Part shown: piece after piece, positions 12,564-25,629 of the stretch
Layout: each line of letters starts with the position of its first letter
Numbering within the stretch: position 1 is the first letter of the stretch
NCBI GenBank assembly: GCA_032718475.1
Contig: JAUCBJ010006847.1
Span: 3,610 to 67,609, forward strand
Direction: 5' to 3'
DNA from: Nemertoderma westbladi
Lineage: Eukaryota; Animalia; Xenacoelomorpha
DNA: 64,000 nt
Notes under the pieces: generated by a model
Told to the model about the DNA's origin: nothing
Seen by the model: the letters and a program-made list of their open reading frames with translations, nothing else
The model's database searches: none
Made by a program: the position numbers and the translations under genes

Positions 12564-12705
12564 TGGGGCGAGCCACGAAGTTGGCGGAGCCTTAGCGAAT
12601 TGACACTGTTAGGGGGTGGGTCAATTTATGCAAATAGTTGTCGTCGTCGTCGTCGTCGTTGTCGTCGTCGTCGTCGTCGTCGTTGTCGTCGTCGTTGTCG
12701 TCGTC

Positions 12706-13930
12706 GTCGTCGTTACGATTTTGACATGCTAATAACTTTGTCGGATTTAAAGCTGCCAAGTTGAAAATTTGTAGGTATCAATATGAGCAAAAGTTGAGAT
12801 TTTTGAGAGACTTTCAGACACCATCAGTGCAATGGTCTCCCGCTAGAGGGCCACATGTCTAAACATTAAATGCCCTCCCATTTCTTTGCTTTTAATCCGT
12901 TTAAGCTGAAACTTGGCAGATATGTATTAGACCATTAGCTGTGACTTTCAAAGGAGGCGAATCCATCTGCAGTTCTCCAGTCTGCCGCTAGAGGGCCAAA
13001 GGTCTGAAAGTGAAATCGTTGTCGTCGTTACGATTTTGACATGCTAATAACTTTGTCGGATTTAAAGCTGCCAAGTTGAAAATTTGTAGGTATCAATATG
13101 AGCAAAAGTTGAGATTTTTGAGAGACTTTCAGACACCATCAGTGCAATGGTCTCCCGCTAGAGGGCCACATGTCTAAACATTAAATGCCCTCCCATTTCT
13201 TTGCTTTTAATCCGTTTAAGCTGAAACTTGGCAGATATGTATTAGACCATTAGCTGTGACTTTCAAAGGAGGCGAATCCATCTGCAGTTCTCCAGTCTGC
13301 CGCTAGAGGGCCAAAGGTCTGAAAGTGAAATCGTTGTCGTCGTTACGATTTTGACATGCTAATAACTTTGTCGGATTTAAAGCTGCCAAGTTGAAAATTT
13401 GTAGGTATCAATATGAGCTAAAGTTGAGACGTTTGAGAGACTTTCAGACACCATCAGAGCAATAGTCTCCTGCTAGAGGGCCACATGTCTAAACGTTAAA
13501 TGTCCTCCCATTTCTTTGCTTTTAATCCATTTATGCTGAAATTTGGCAGATATGTACTAGACCATTAGCTGTGACTTTGAAAGAAGGAATTGAATTGAAT
13601 TGAATTGAAGGCTAATCCGTGTGCAGTTCTTCAGTCTGCCCATAGAGGGCGAAATGTTTGAAAGTGAAATCTTTCTCCCATCTCGTTATTTATGATCCGT
13701 TCAAGCTGAAACGTAGCAGATATGTAGTAGAAGTCGGCCTGAGTCTTTGGTGGGCAGTAAACGGTCTGGAGTCCTCCAGTCTGCCGCTAGAGGGCGAAAT
13801 GTATAACTGTCCCCAATTCCTTGATATTAATTTATTTAAAGTTAATATTGGCATATGTACTAGAGCACATGCTGCGTCTTTCTGAGGAAGGTGGTCGATC
13901 TGCATTTCTGCAGTCTGCCGCTAGAGGTAA
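12706..13930. repeat. 315-bp tandem core repeats (3 near-identical plus degenerate subunits), each with two CCGCTAGAGGGC motifs
   Basis: TTACGATTTTGACATGC recurs at 12713, 13028 and 13343. Confidence 0.95.
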
Positions 13931-14068
13931 GCGGAAATTCAAGACGCTGGTCACACTACTAAACGCATTATTTCAACATTCTCAAATATACGCTCCATAA
14001 ATATTTCACGTTACTATTTTATTGATAATCAAGATATAAACCAAGCGGAATTGGGGTGTAAACGTTAA

Positions 14069-14365
14069 GCAGACACCTGGTGCAGACACCTGGTGCAGAC
14101 ACCTGGTGCAGACAACTGGTGCAGACACCTGGTGCAGACACCTGGTGCAGACACCTGGTGCAGACACCTGGTGCAGACACCTGGTGCAGACACCTGGTGC
14201 AGACACCTGGTGCAGACACCTGGTGCAGACACCTGGTGCAGACACCTGGTGGGTGCAGACACCTGGTGCAGACACCTGGTGCAGACACCTGGTGCAGACA
14301 CCTGGTGCAGACACCTAGTGCAGACACCTGGTGCAGACACCTGGTGCAGACACCTGGTGCAGACA
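14069..14365. repeat. 13-bp minisatellite (TGCAGACACCTGG), ~23 copies
   Basis: Direct tandem repeat. Confidence 0.97.
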
Positions 14366-14786
14366 GTTAGGCAGACCGGTACTGAAATGAATTACACAAT
14401 AGCCTACATTCGCAGAAAAGCCTTTCTAGAATTATCACTTATGACTACTTATTTGCGTGCATTTTTCACTGGGATTGGCTGCGTGCGTGTCTAGCGTCGT
14501 CTCTTTGATTACGTTGAACCATTGGCAATATACAGAATGTTTTGATTGGACCTATAGGACTAGGAACTTTGCGTGGAAGAATATAATGGTAGAAATCATA
14601 ACAAATAATACTCATATAACTTATATTTCGGCAGTTCTTTTAAATATGTAAACCTCTACCGGACTGCTGATTCATATACATTCCTAACATTCCACACCAC
14701 ATTCCAATAATATCCTAATACAGTAATACTTTCGAATTAGTACTTAAATTAAATTTAAGTCACGTGCTGCGCGAAGGCCCCACTTC

Positions 14787-15360
14787 GTGTTTACTAATAT
14801 GTGTTTGTTTAATAATATGTGTTTGTTCACTAATATGTATTTGTTTACTAATATGTGTTTGTTTACTAATGTGTTTGTTTACTAATATGTGTTTGTTTAC
14901 TAATATGTGTTTGTTTACCAATATGTGTTTCTTTACTAATATGTGTTTGTTTACTAATATGTGATTGTTTACTAATATGTGTTTGTTTACTAATATGTGT
15001 TTGTTTACTAATATGTGATTGTTTACTAATATGTGTTTGTTCACTAATATGTATTTGTTTACTAATATGTGTTTGTTTACTAATGTGTTTGTTTACTAAT
15101 ATGTGTTTGTTTACTAATATGTGTTTGTTTACTAATATGTGTTTGTTTACCAATATGTGTTTCTTTACTAATGTGTTTGTTTACTAATATGTGATTGTTT
15201 ACTAAAATGTGTTTGTTTACTAATATGTGTTTGTTTACTAATATGTGATTGTTTACTAATATGTGTTTGTTTACTAATATGTGTTTGTTTACTAATATGT
15301 GTTTGTTTACTAATGTGTTTGTTTACTAATATGTGTTTGTTTACTAATATGTGTTTGTTT
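14787..15360. repeat. 18-bp minisatellite (TGTGTTTGTTTACTAATA), right part
   Basis: Same unit as 12065-12563. Confidence 0.97.
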
Positions 15361-16437
15361 AACTACTGTATTTATTGTGTTACAGTTACCATTTCGTTAA
15401 AATTGCTTCGCGTAGAGGATTTGAAGAATAATTCGGTCCTGTAGCATTTGGTTCTATTGGAATTTAAACGAGGTTACCTTTTTCAGATTTAAATTTGGGA
15501 AATGTTATTTGTTATAACAAATAAGCATAACGTACTGTAAGGTTAGAGCTGGCAGGTATTTCCTAATCAAAACAATAAACGTAACTTGTCCTGGGTATTG
15601 GTATGTATGTTTAACAGTAATTTAAAGTTTATAAGTTAAATATTGGGGCTTCAGATTATCTTTCAGGAACCAATGCATGACAACCTAACGCTAGGGTGCC
15701 TAATACTGCACTCTAGACCCCAATATAATCGATGTGGATTTAACGGTACAACATTACAGGAACCATTATAACAAGGTTTTCTACTATAGTCTGATTGGTT
15801 GTAAATTAAATTACAACCAATCAGGAATGAGTGCAATAATAGTTGTTTTAATTGCTCGTTAAAAACTAAATGATATTAAAAGGAAGTGGCAGGTGGATCT
15901 TGGTGTAACTATTACAAGTATTTGGTTTTGGATGGCGGTAATTTATTGATATTCCTGAAACGTTTAATAAAAGACACCGATCTTGATAATGTAGATGAAT
16001 TTGGGATGATGGGGGAATATTGTGTTGCGAAGCAGGACGAGTGTGGTGTGGCAGCAATTATTTGCCCGTCTGTTTAATGATTAATAAAAGTGGTTCATCA
16101 TTAACCTTTCATTTTATAGTATTATATATTGTGCTTCGATGTATAGAACTTACTATGTAAAAGTACAATCATATTTTATGCAGTCATTACTAAGAAATTC
16201 GATCTATTATTAGCTGCTCAATTCTAGAACAAAATCTACCTCAAATAGTGAAGATCTCATTTTGGTATTTCGAAACCATGCTGGTCTGATGCGCGATGTC
16301 GAGTTTAGTTAATATATTGAAAACTATATCAATTTATATGTACTCAGTAATAAGAAATCCTTATGAATGTAAATAAATACTGTATGTGGGCTGCCATTGA
16401 TGATTAATTTAATCAATGTATATTTGGACGGACTAAC

Positions 16438-16658
16438 CGTACGACCACAGCCGATGTTAGGGCAGTTGGGGTTGCGATGCTGACTTGTAAGACCGGTTGT
16501 CTACACCTGATATACACGGATTCTACTGTTCTGTGAACATTGTTGGCGTCATCGATTAGTGTAATGTTAATCGTTTGGGGAGTTCCTCCACCTTTGTATC
16601 CATCCGATGCTATGTACAATGTAACAGAGGTAACAGCCAAATATTCGCTGAAGGTTGC
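16438..16658 (-). CDS. PAPPA: Pappalysin-family exon
   Basis: ctag|...|gttagt, phase 0 to 2. Translates ATFSEYLAVTSVTLYIASDG...TINITLIDDANNVH...CRQPVLQV...SAVVV, resembling PAPP-A AYFSQPMVAAAVIVHLVTDG...TISVQLLDTKDQSH...CRNNPL. Confidence 0.88.
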
Positions 16659-16819
16659 CTAGAGAAATTTAAAAATAGATATTCGCTATATATTTATAGC
16701 GAAATATGAATAGTTAACTACTGTAATATAAACAAACGCATCCAATAAATACCTTTAAAGGAATAGTGTTTTTCAATCTACTCGATGCGGTCTATGTGTC
16801 TATGCATTTCTAAACATGC

Positions 16820-18000
16820 TCACTAAGTCACAGAAAGCCTCCGACCTCAAATGGACTTTAACCGCTGCTAAGAATGCAGTTAATGCTGCATCTACCTAGA
16901 ACTCTGAATACTGAGTGAACAGGCAGTACGCTGATAATCTACAGGAGCTTATCAATCAGCAGGGTGATGCCGTTAATAATGCCATGGCAGCAGGAAATCA
17001 TCCATATGGAAATTGATCAACTTTCTGACTGGGAGGAAAACCCTACCAACACTCAAGGTTAAGGTAGAATCGCCAGCTAATCGCCACAATGGTTGGAAGG
17101 CCCTCTTTGAAAACAGTGCTAACTTTGTAAAACAGTGTCCGAGTCTGTATTCTCTGATGTACCCACCCATATTTGTGACATCTCTTTTGCTGAAGGCAAG
17201 GCTGCTACAAAGAGCATCAAGACCAATCGTGCCAGTGGAGTAGATTGTGTCCCCCCTGAGGTCTTTAAAGTACCGGAGAGTTTGGAGCTCACCCAGCAAG
17301 ATAGTCCCACAAGAAATTAAAACGAATAAGTTTGACCCCGTTCTGTCGTTCACTAGAAGGGTAACCTAATCATCTATGGATCTTTTCACGGAATATCGTT
17401 AATCTTGATTGCTGCAGAGCTATACAATATAATTCTATTCAATCGCATCAGGGATCCCATTGATATACTGCAACATGGAAATCAGAATGGGTTCCGTAAA
17501 GGTCGTGGGACCTTGAAGCCCATTTTGGCACTTAGAAGGATAATTGAAGACTTATCAAAAAAGAAAGACAGACATTTGGCTGTTATCTTTGTTTACTTCT
17601 TTAAGGCTTCCGATTCAGTCTGTCCAAGTTCAGTATACTGCATTAAATGGGATTCCTGATAAAATTATTGCAGCAATCAGATCAGTATTCGATGGTTCGA
17701 TGACACTTGTGTCTACTGTTGATGGTGACACAGATCAATTATAATGTTCTACGCACGTTCTTAGGTCATCATAATGATGATGGGGTGATGGTAACACCAC
17801 CTACTGTCTCCTGCGGTATAGGAGACCTAGCCAAGTACCTAACTGATCCAGACTTTGCTAATGATTAGGATCACTAGATCGCTCTCAGAATCACTAGAGG
17901 GAGCCCAACGGCTCCTCAGCTCATTAGAACATGTTCTGCTCTTGTGTTCTTTTTGTTAACTCCAAGAAGGCCAACATTTTGACAACAGTTTTGAAAGTCC
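16820..18000 (+). mobile_element. Degenerate LINE (RTE-like RT), same family as 57843-59960
   Basis: Frameshifted fragments: KVKVESPANRHNGWKALFE, RASGVDCVPPEVFK, NQNGFRKGRGTLKPILALRRIIE. Confidence 0.9.
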
Positions 18001-19520
18001 TCAGTCGAACTTTGACTTTGAATAGCAGCTTTACATCTCCATAGCAACAGCCAATTCGAATTCTTATACACGCCCAGGCCACAATTGTCGGCTCAAGAGC
18101 CGACCATAAGAGGTCAATTTCTTTTAATAACATTGGAATAAAACAACTCCTAAATAATTTGTATATCAACGTTTTTAAATATACTATTCACAGATAAATT
18201 AGCAAAATTTATTACAGTAATTTTCTGCAGACAAGCTAACACGAAGGCCTTGGTGCAGCAGAAGCTGCAGGCCATCTCTGCGAACAATTACAATAATACT
18301 ATGGTTAGGTATATTTTATGATATTCGCCTCCGACACACACACACAACTCCACCTACACAAGCAGACTTTTGGAAAAGTCCATATAACAGTCAGCTAATG
18401 GCTCGCCCCACATTCCATATTTACACATCTTCATTTTAAGCTCTACTTTTCGTGGATTTAAAGGAAAATCCTTGGGCCGTGGATGGTTTGTGTTGTACAA
18501 ATAGAGCAGATATTGTGTTGATCCAGTAGAACAGAAATTGTTTGGTACAAATAGAACATGATGTCTGCATTTAGGTAAAATATTTTAGGTCGACAAATAT
18601 CATCTGCAGCCTCTGTGATCAACGATAATGTACTTGGTCAGTTTATCCCATGAGCTACAATACAAGAAGTGTACGTCAAACAGTATAACCATAAACCATC
18701 ATGACTATAATTTATAATGCAATCTATTAAGGAATTTAGGCAGGAGAATTCACCCATAGAGAAATTGAACCGGTATCTTTTTATAGTTAATAGTTTATTT
18801 TGGCAAATAATAGATCTTGCATATACATCTTGGGATAGCATGGCTATGGTATGCCATAGCATGGTACGCTACAACATAGCACAGCACAGCAAGGTCCCGA
18901 GGCAGGGTTGGCCTCGTCGTATGGCATAGAATCATTATTACATACATGGTCATGCTGTGTCATGGTATGTCCACATGGTATCTATCACATGTGAAAAGCG
19001 CGCAGAAGTTTAGGCCATTAGGACAGAATTCATGGCATGCCATGAAATGTGGTATGTGTGTGGATTACATATCAACACATGTTATATCATAGAATAGAAC
19101 AAGCTCGTTGACTTGCTGGCGTTTCTAATAATATTATTTGATTGAATAATTATTATGATGAATTGAGCAATAAACCTAACTGGGCCAAGTAACCTGACAA
19201 TTATTTATCCTCAGAGCGAATAGGAGATTTGTTGGCACGTCAACACATCCAATACCATAAACCATAAATAATAAATGCAGCCTATTGAAACAATATTGAT
19301 ACACATTAATACACTATTGTTCGCTAAACTTCGGTAAGTCCCTTCGATAGGTCGCCATTAAACTAGATGAAAAACGTTAGGATTAGTTGTGAAAGGGATT
19401 TTTTCCATAAATATAAATTAATATTTATGATATATATATTTTATGATTACATCATTATATACTTTACGAAAAACTTTTAATTACTTTATTCTAAAAGCAT
19501 AAAATTTGTATTACGATAAA

Positions 19521-22087
19521 ATGACAAATGCATATATTATCATCAAATATACTGGGTTTTCCGGATTGAAATGGTCCAGAGACATTTTAGATTTGATAGA
19601 AAATCCGGGTAGAATTGTGACACTAGAAGAAATTCATGTGGGGTCGAGTGTTGCGTGGGTAACCACAGAAGTTGCTGATCTAATAATATGGGTTGTTACA
19701 CCAGAATTGTTGGAATTTCTAAAGGAGTACACCCAAGAGATTATACGGGGACCTTTGGGCATCGCTGTGTTGTTTAACAGTACGCCAACAGTAGATGATG
19801 GGGAACTGGTAACGGAATGCAGGTTACCGCTTACAGCTGCATTGCTACCAGTAGCCTGTAGGGCCAAATGGATAATCATTAACGGTACTGAAGAAGGAAT
19901 GTCTGACAAGTTTAAGAAGGAGTAAGTATTTATAATTGGATCTACTCATCTCCGTATTCATTAAGACCACAAATTGTAGCAAGTAGCTCATGATTAGGGT
20001 TAATCATCCATTGGAGTGGTAGAGCTTGTTTAAGTAACACATGGTTTTCGATTGATTACATGTAGTCTAAAATATAACTCATAAAACAAACTTTTCCAAG
20101 CCTGACTAGAAGACTGTTTGACCTATTCTTGCGAAATACATTTTTGTGGAGCCTTTTCACTTTAACTTTTTTTCCTTTCACGTCCTGAAATTGTTTAGGT
20201 TATATGTGTAGCCTTTGACATTGTTTAATCGTTTGGTCCGTTTGATAATTTGATCATGGGGATCCTGGGTTTTAGAACTCTGGTAAAGAACCTATGCCAG
20301 TTTAAATTCTGAAATCAGTTCCACCAGTAAGGAATACAGTTGGCTGCTACGGCGGCGCGGGTGGAGTCAAGAAAAGCGAATGATAAATATGGGATTATTC
20401 CAACTGTTTGGCGCCCTCCTTATAGTTAACGGCTAAGACACTTGCCGACGGACACGGCTGAGACTCAGGTATTTCACCCTCACCAATAACTTTACTGGAT
20501 TTATATACCATTAACCCTGCATCTTTTATATTGAAATCACAATGTCTAAGAACACCTCTACATGGTTTATACCATAAATGAACGCCTACTACTCGTTAGG
20601 AAAAATATGTTTGAACAAATAATTAAATATATTGTGACGTAAATATATTCAAAATAATTAAGAATTTTATTTTCTGACCACAATCTTTTTCTACTTACAG
20701 GTTTATTGTAGCAGTAAATAATACATTATCTGAAATCCAAACAAAGAAAAGTTTGGAAATCGGCGGTAATGGTAATGAAGATGATTCTTCAGAAACCACA
20801 GTAAGATCACTTGAATCATTCAAATCAGAAAAAGGCACTGGAGCAACGTATATGCCTGGGGAATCCGAGACACAATTTTACATCCCATCTGCTCTTTCTG
20901 ATGTTATGCAAAAAACTGATGGTAAACAAAGGAATAACGGCGTTGTTGCTAGTTTACTTTTAAGTGTATTTGATACCAAGTCAAAAGATAAGTCGAGCAA
21001 CAAAGTAAATCTAAAAGAAATTAAAATATTTCCAAGTAAAGAGATCTATACTGTAGGAGAAATGATCGGTATTATATTACACCATGAAAAAACACAAGTC
21101 AAGAAGGAATACACAATAAAATTCACTTTGAAAGAAACTTATGAAACTAGGAAAGTGAAGCCGCAATTGAATAATATTTTGGAATGCAGTATACCAGATT
21201 TAGTAGGTTGCGTAAACATCGAGGTATTAATTAAAGACAAGGTCAATTCATCTACAATACTCGTACAATCCTATAAAGACTATTTTGCAACATTGTTAAG
21301 GAAAACTTTAAATCCATTTGAGTTTATCAAAGATTGCACAGGAGCAAAAGACAGAGATGAATTGGACGTCATTATGTGTGGAGAATTCGCAAAGAAAAAA
21401 CCTCAGTTTGTATTCGACCTCCCACCACGAGTCAAGTTTGTTAGATCTTATACAATGCTGCACTTTGCAGCTGAATTTGGCCTTCCCAAACTTTGTATGA
21501 TGTTGTTGGATTGCCCGGGATCTAATGAAGGAATTGGTATCCAAAATTGCGACAACTTGACGCCGATACAATTGTCCCAGAGAGCCGGTTATTCAGAATT
21601 GAGTAAAGTTTTACTTGATCGGTCTTCTGGTGGAACGCCGAGAGATAGTGGAGTGATTGATAACCACAGTATTAGTGAAGGTTCGGAAGACGGAGACTAT
21701 GGAAGATCACCTTGTGGTACAGAGGATGGGACACTTCAGAATGATGGGGATGGTGTTACTATAGAAGATACTGACGATGGTATAATCTCAGAGTCAGATG
21801 GAAATGTAGATGTGCAAACTGAAACTACTTGGCATAAGTGCGTGTTCCTTGAAAGACTTTCATCAGAACTGCGAAAGGGCGAGATTAGCCAGGAAAAGTT
21901 CTGTGAGTTATACGAGAAGATTTTCCCTACAGATATTGGGAAAAATAAACCCAATCCAAGTGGAGCTAAACCAAAGAAACCTAAGACTAGAAACAGAAGA
22001 AACAGTGAAGGTCAGACTGATCGGTTTGCCAAATTAGGGATTAAAGTGGAAACGGCAGGCCCATGTTATAAGAAGGATACAGCGTAG
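19521..22087 (+). CDS. BCAP/BANK1/Dof-family adaptor, copy A: join(19521..19921,20701..22087), 595 aa; TIR-like + DBB + ankyrin
   Basis: GA|gtaagt...ttacag|G phase-2 intron joins the two ORFs in frame. Exon 1 (IIIKY..GLKW..DILDLI, LIIWVVTPELLEFL) resembles the BCAP TIR. Exon 2 has LLRKTLNPFEFI...LDVIM (DBB) and TMLHFAAEFGLPKLCMMLLDCPG...N.DNLTP (ankyrin; compare BCAP TLLHFAAKYGLKNLTALLLTCPG). Confidence 0.9.
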
Positions 22088-22265
22088 ATGAAACTGGAAT
22101 TAAATATTATTAACATTATGGGACGCGAAATTAAATACCCAGAACTACACTTTGATACCTGAACAACATTTTTCACAAATTATTGTCAATTGGGAGTTTA
22201 CTTATACATAAATTATATCGTTAATTATTGTTTATCTGTATTCAGTCAGTTAGTGTAATGTAAAT

Positions 22266-23958
22266 GGCAGTGATTTTTTATGTCCTTTTATTTGACTTTT
22301 TTTGTCCTTTTTTTTTTACGAATTATACATAATGACTTTTGTTGTCCTTTTAATGACTTTTATTGTCCTTTTAATGACTTTTTATGTATGTATTTCTTCA
22401 AACTGTCAGACTGCTGATTTCTGGACTGTCAGACAGTTGATTTCACTATGCCTGTGCCAAAACATTCCATGATTCCATGATTTATAGACTATGAGATAGA
22501 TTTCCATATGCGCCTGTGGTAAAAAGACTCTATATTTAATAGTTTGTGGTTGTTGTCGATAATCGATTACCACATGACGTAGCAAAACACTCATTTTATA
22601 GCCAAAAACAATTACCAATTGATGGAAAGGAGCAGGTTAAGGCCGAGTTTTCTAACCAAAACAATAAACAGTCACTTTACCAAATCAGGGAAAGGAGCAG
22701 GTTACAGAGACGGGATTTTCTAACCAAAACAATAAACGATCACTTAACTAATTGAGGGAAAGGAGCAGGTTACAGAGGCGGGATTTTCTAACCAAAACAA
22801 TAAACGATCACTTAACCTATTGAGGGAAAGGAGCAGGTTACAGAGGCGGTATTTTCTAACCAAAACAATAAACGATCATTTAACTAATTGAGGGAAAGGG
22901 ACAGGTTACAGAGGCGGGATTTTCTAACCAAAACAATAAACGATCACTTAACTAATTGAGGGAAAGGAGCAGGTTACAGAGGCGGGATTTTCTACCCAAA
23001 ACAATAAACGATCATTTAACTAATTGAGGGAAAGGGGCAGGTTACAGAAGGCGGGCCTTTCTAACCAAAACAATAAACGGTCACTTTACCAATTCAGGGA
23101 AAGGAGCAGGTTACAGAAGCGGGATTTTCTAACCAAAACAATAAACGATCATTTAACTAATTGAGGGAAAGGGGCAGGTTACAGAGGCGGGATTTTCTAA
23201 CCAAAACAATGAACGATCATTTAACTAATTGAGGGAAAGGAGCAGGTTACAGAGACGGGATTTTCTAACCAAAACAATAAACGATAACATTACCAATTGA
23301 GAGAAAGGAGCAGGTTACAGAGGCGGGATTTTCTAACCAAAACAATAAACGATAACATTACCAATTGAGGGAAAGGAGCAGGTAACAGAGGCGGGATTTT
23401 CTAACCAAAACAATAAACGATCACTTAACTAATTGAGGGAAAGGAGCAGGTTAAGGCCGGATATTCTAACCAAAACAATAAACAGTCACTTTACCAAATC
23501 AGGGAAAGGAGCAGGTTATCCGTAACACTACTCAGACAGTAGTCATGATCCATTATTGATTATAAAACTAATACAGTAATTGGCCTAAATTATGTGAAAG
23601 GTATAACCACATTTTCCACAATCCTGCAATCCAGTTTGGCCTATCAATTATTTAAAATTTATTAGCACAACCGGTAGGCCTACCATTACCGTATTTAAAT
23701 GGTAGGCTACACAGTAGGCCTATAGCAGTACCGGTGCCGGTACCGGTACTAAAATACAGAAATACCTGCTTTATACCTACATCTGTACATACAATACAGC
23801 AAAATAGTGCTATATATACTAATACCGGTACTGATAGCCTGAGAGAACAGCAGTAGAGAAACCGGTAGCATGGAACCTAACATTAGACTTTTGGAGGACA
23901 TAAAAAATAAAAAAAAAGGACAAAAAAAGGATTTAAACGGACAATAAAAATTATTGCG
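22266..23958. mobile_element. Non-autonomous Mutator-like (MULE) element carrying a 68-bp satellite
   Basis: 9-bp direct repeat AATGTAAAT at 22257-22265 and 23959-23967. Imperfect inverted ends (GGCAGTGATTTTTTATGTCC... / ...GGACAATAAAAATTATTGCG). Confidence 0.7.
22624..23518. repeat. 68-bp tandem repeat, ~13 copies
   Basis: Unit GGGAAAGGAGCAGGTTACAGAGGCGGGATTTTCTAACCAAAACAATAAACGATCACTTAACTAATTGA. A single diverged copy lies at ~30893-30948. Confidence 0.95.
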
Positions 23959-25629
23959 AATGTAAATCAGTACATCATTTATACGTATATATAGGGCCTA
24001 TTGTAATGTGAAGGCTTATTAGGTTTTGTATATCTGGGACGTTTACAACAGCTTTCAATTAAACTAGCAAAACCAGAAAACTGAACCAGGGTGCAAACAG
24101 CTGTTGGATAGACTCAATGGAAGATTTCACAAACTTTCATAGGAGACTTGTACATTATATTGGTTGCTTCTAATGTTTTTTATTAGGCTAACTGAGAATG
24201 TATTACCTAGAAATAATTAGTGTTCTTTTGTATATTTATCTAATTCAGTAAGACCCCTTCATGGAATAAACTTTGTGGCCGTTTCCAGGTTACGGATAGG
24301 GATAACAACTCACACATCGCACTAATTATGATTGTGATTTGTTTGCCTAGGCAACTGTGTATTATATTAAATGGGAGGCAGTTTGTTTGGTTGATGTAAG
24401 TCATTCTTTGTTTGCAACTTCCAATCGCATGTTTCTTGGAGTCTGTTTAAGACAGGTTCGTTTTAAGCTCTTGATGGCGTTCCGGTAAGAAGGATACATC
24501 GTAGATGAAACTGGAATTAAATATATGGATACTCAGTATCTTATAGTTTAGATAAACGGAGAAAATGGACACATAATGGTTGATTAAGGCGAGGTCAAAT
24601 AGTTGGGCTGAACAATTATAAATAATAAGTTATTAAGTAATGAGTTCTTGTACGACAGTATCTCTGATCTGATGTAGTATGTATTTGATGATTACTACTA
24701 TTAATTGCTTTTTTGGATATACGATTGTAGAATATTTCAACATTTATTTGGTATTCCTTTCATTTGAGCATTACGAATATATTTTTATGATACGTTTTCT
24801 GTATGGGCTGGGTATAGCCGCAGGTGATATGGCATAGTCAAGGCACATCAGACAAGGACATGTAGATCATAGAGTAGGACATTGTGGTATAGCATAGCAT
24901 ATTATGAAGCTCAGTATTGACTCGATATAATTCAAAGAATGGCAAGATTATGTTATTACAAGTCACATAGGAATGGATAGGATGAAAATAAATATGTTAC
25001 AGTTTAAAATAAAATAATATGCTGGTCAACATAACCGATTCCTAATTACTAACTTCACGGTGCATGTGTACCATTGCAACTGATGTTCTAAACCACTCCC
25101 CGTTCCAGATAATATACGGTAATATCCGCTGTAAACTATGCTCTACCACCGGAATTTTAAGATATCACGCACTACAGTGTCGGGGGTACCCCCCAATCAC
25201 GTCTCTACCACACCCTATAACCCTGCAATTCTTAGCTTTTATAATTTTATACGAATTAATTTGTTTATGATACACCTTTGAGTCTCTCTGTGCTTATTTT
25301 ATAAGTTTGACTACCTTTTTACCTCGTTTGAGGGTGTACCTATTACAATTATTAGATATAATAAAATAAATAGTTAGGCTAGTGCTAGTGTTCAAGGAAA
25401 TCTAAATCCTGATTAATCGGGGTGGTCGCTGTAGATGTAATCCTGGTCACAATTCCGATTTTAGGATTGGGACCCAGAAAGATAAGTTTTTATGAACTGA
25501 TATGCAAATTAAGCCGCCCAGTAATTAACAATAGATTGACTTATCATGATACATCATTGCGCCAGTCATTAGTTCAGTAGGGTCAAAAGATGTGACAAAG
25601 TCGTCCAAAACCCATTTAATAATAAAAAT

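Larger units (their letters stand above)
12563..14786. mobile_element. Non-autonomous HINE/Helentron-like (pearl/DINE-1-type) element inserted in the 18-bp array
   Basis: Subterminal inverted repeat GTGGGGC (12563) / GCCCCAC (~14777), then a (GTC)n microsatellite at 12640-12712, then 315-bp tandem core repeats at 12706-13930. The same 18-bp array resumes on both sides. The class is inferred from architecture only. Confidence 0.55.

Noticed and set aside
12011-15153. NKHILV, TNMCLF, poly-Arg and SAPGVCTRCLHQV ORFs
   Set aside because: These are translations of 18-bp, (GTC)n and 13-bp repeats.
19506-22087. Treating the ~135-aa and ~440-aa ORFs as separate genes (operon-like pairs)
   Set aside because: Canonical GT-AG phase-2 introns join them in frame in all three copies.
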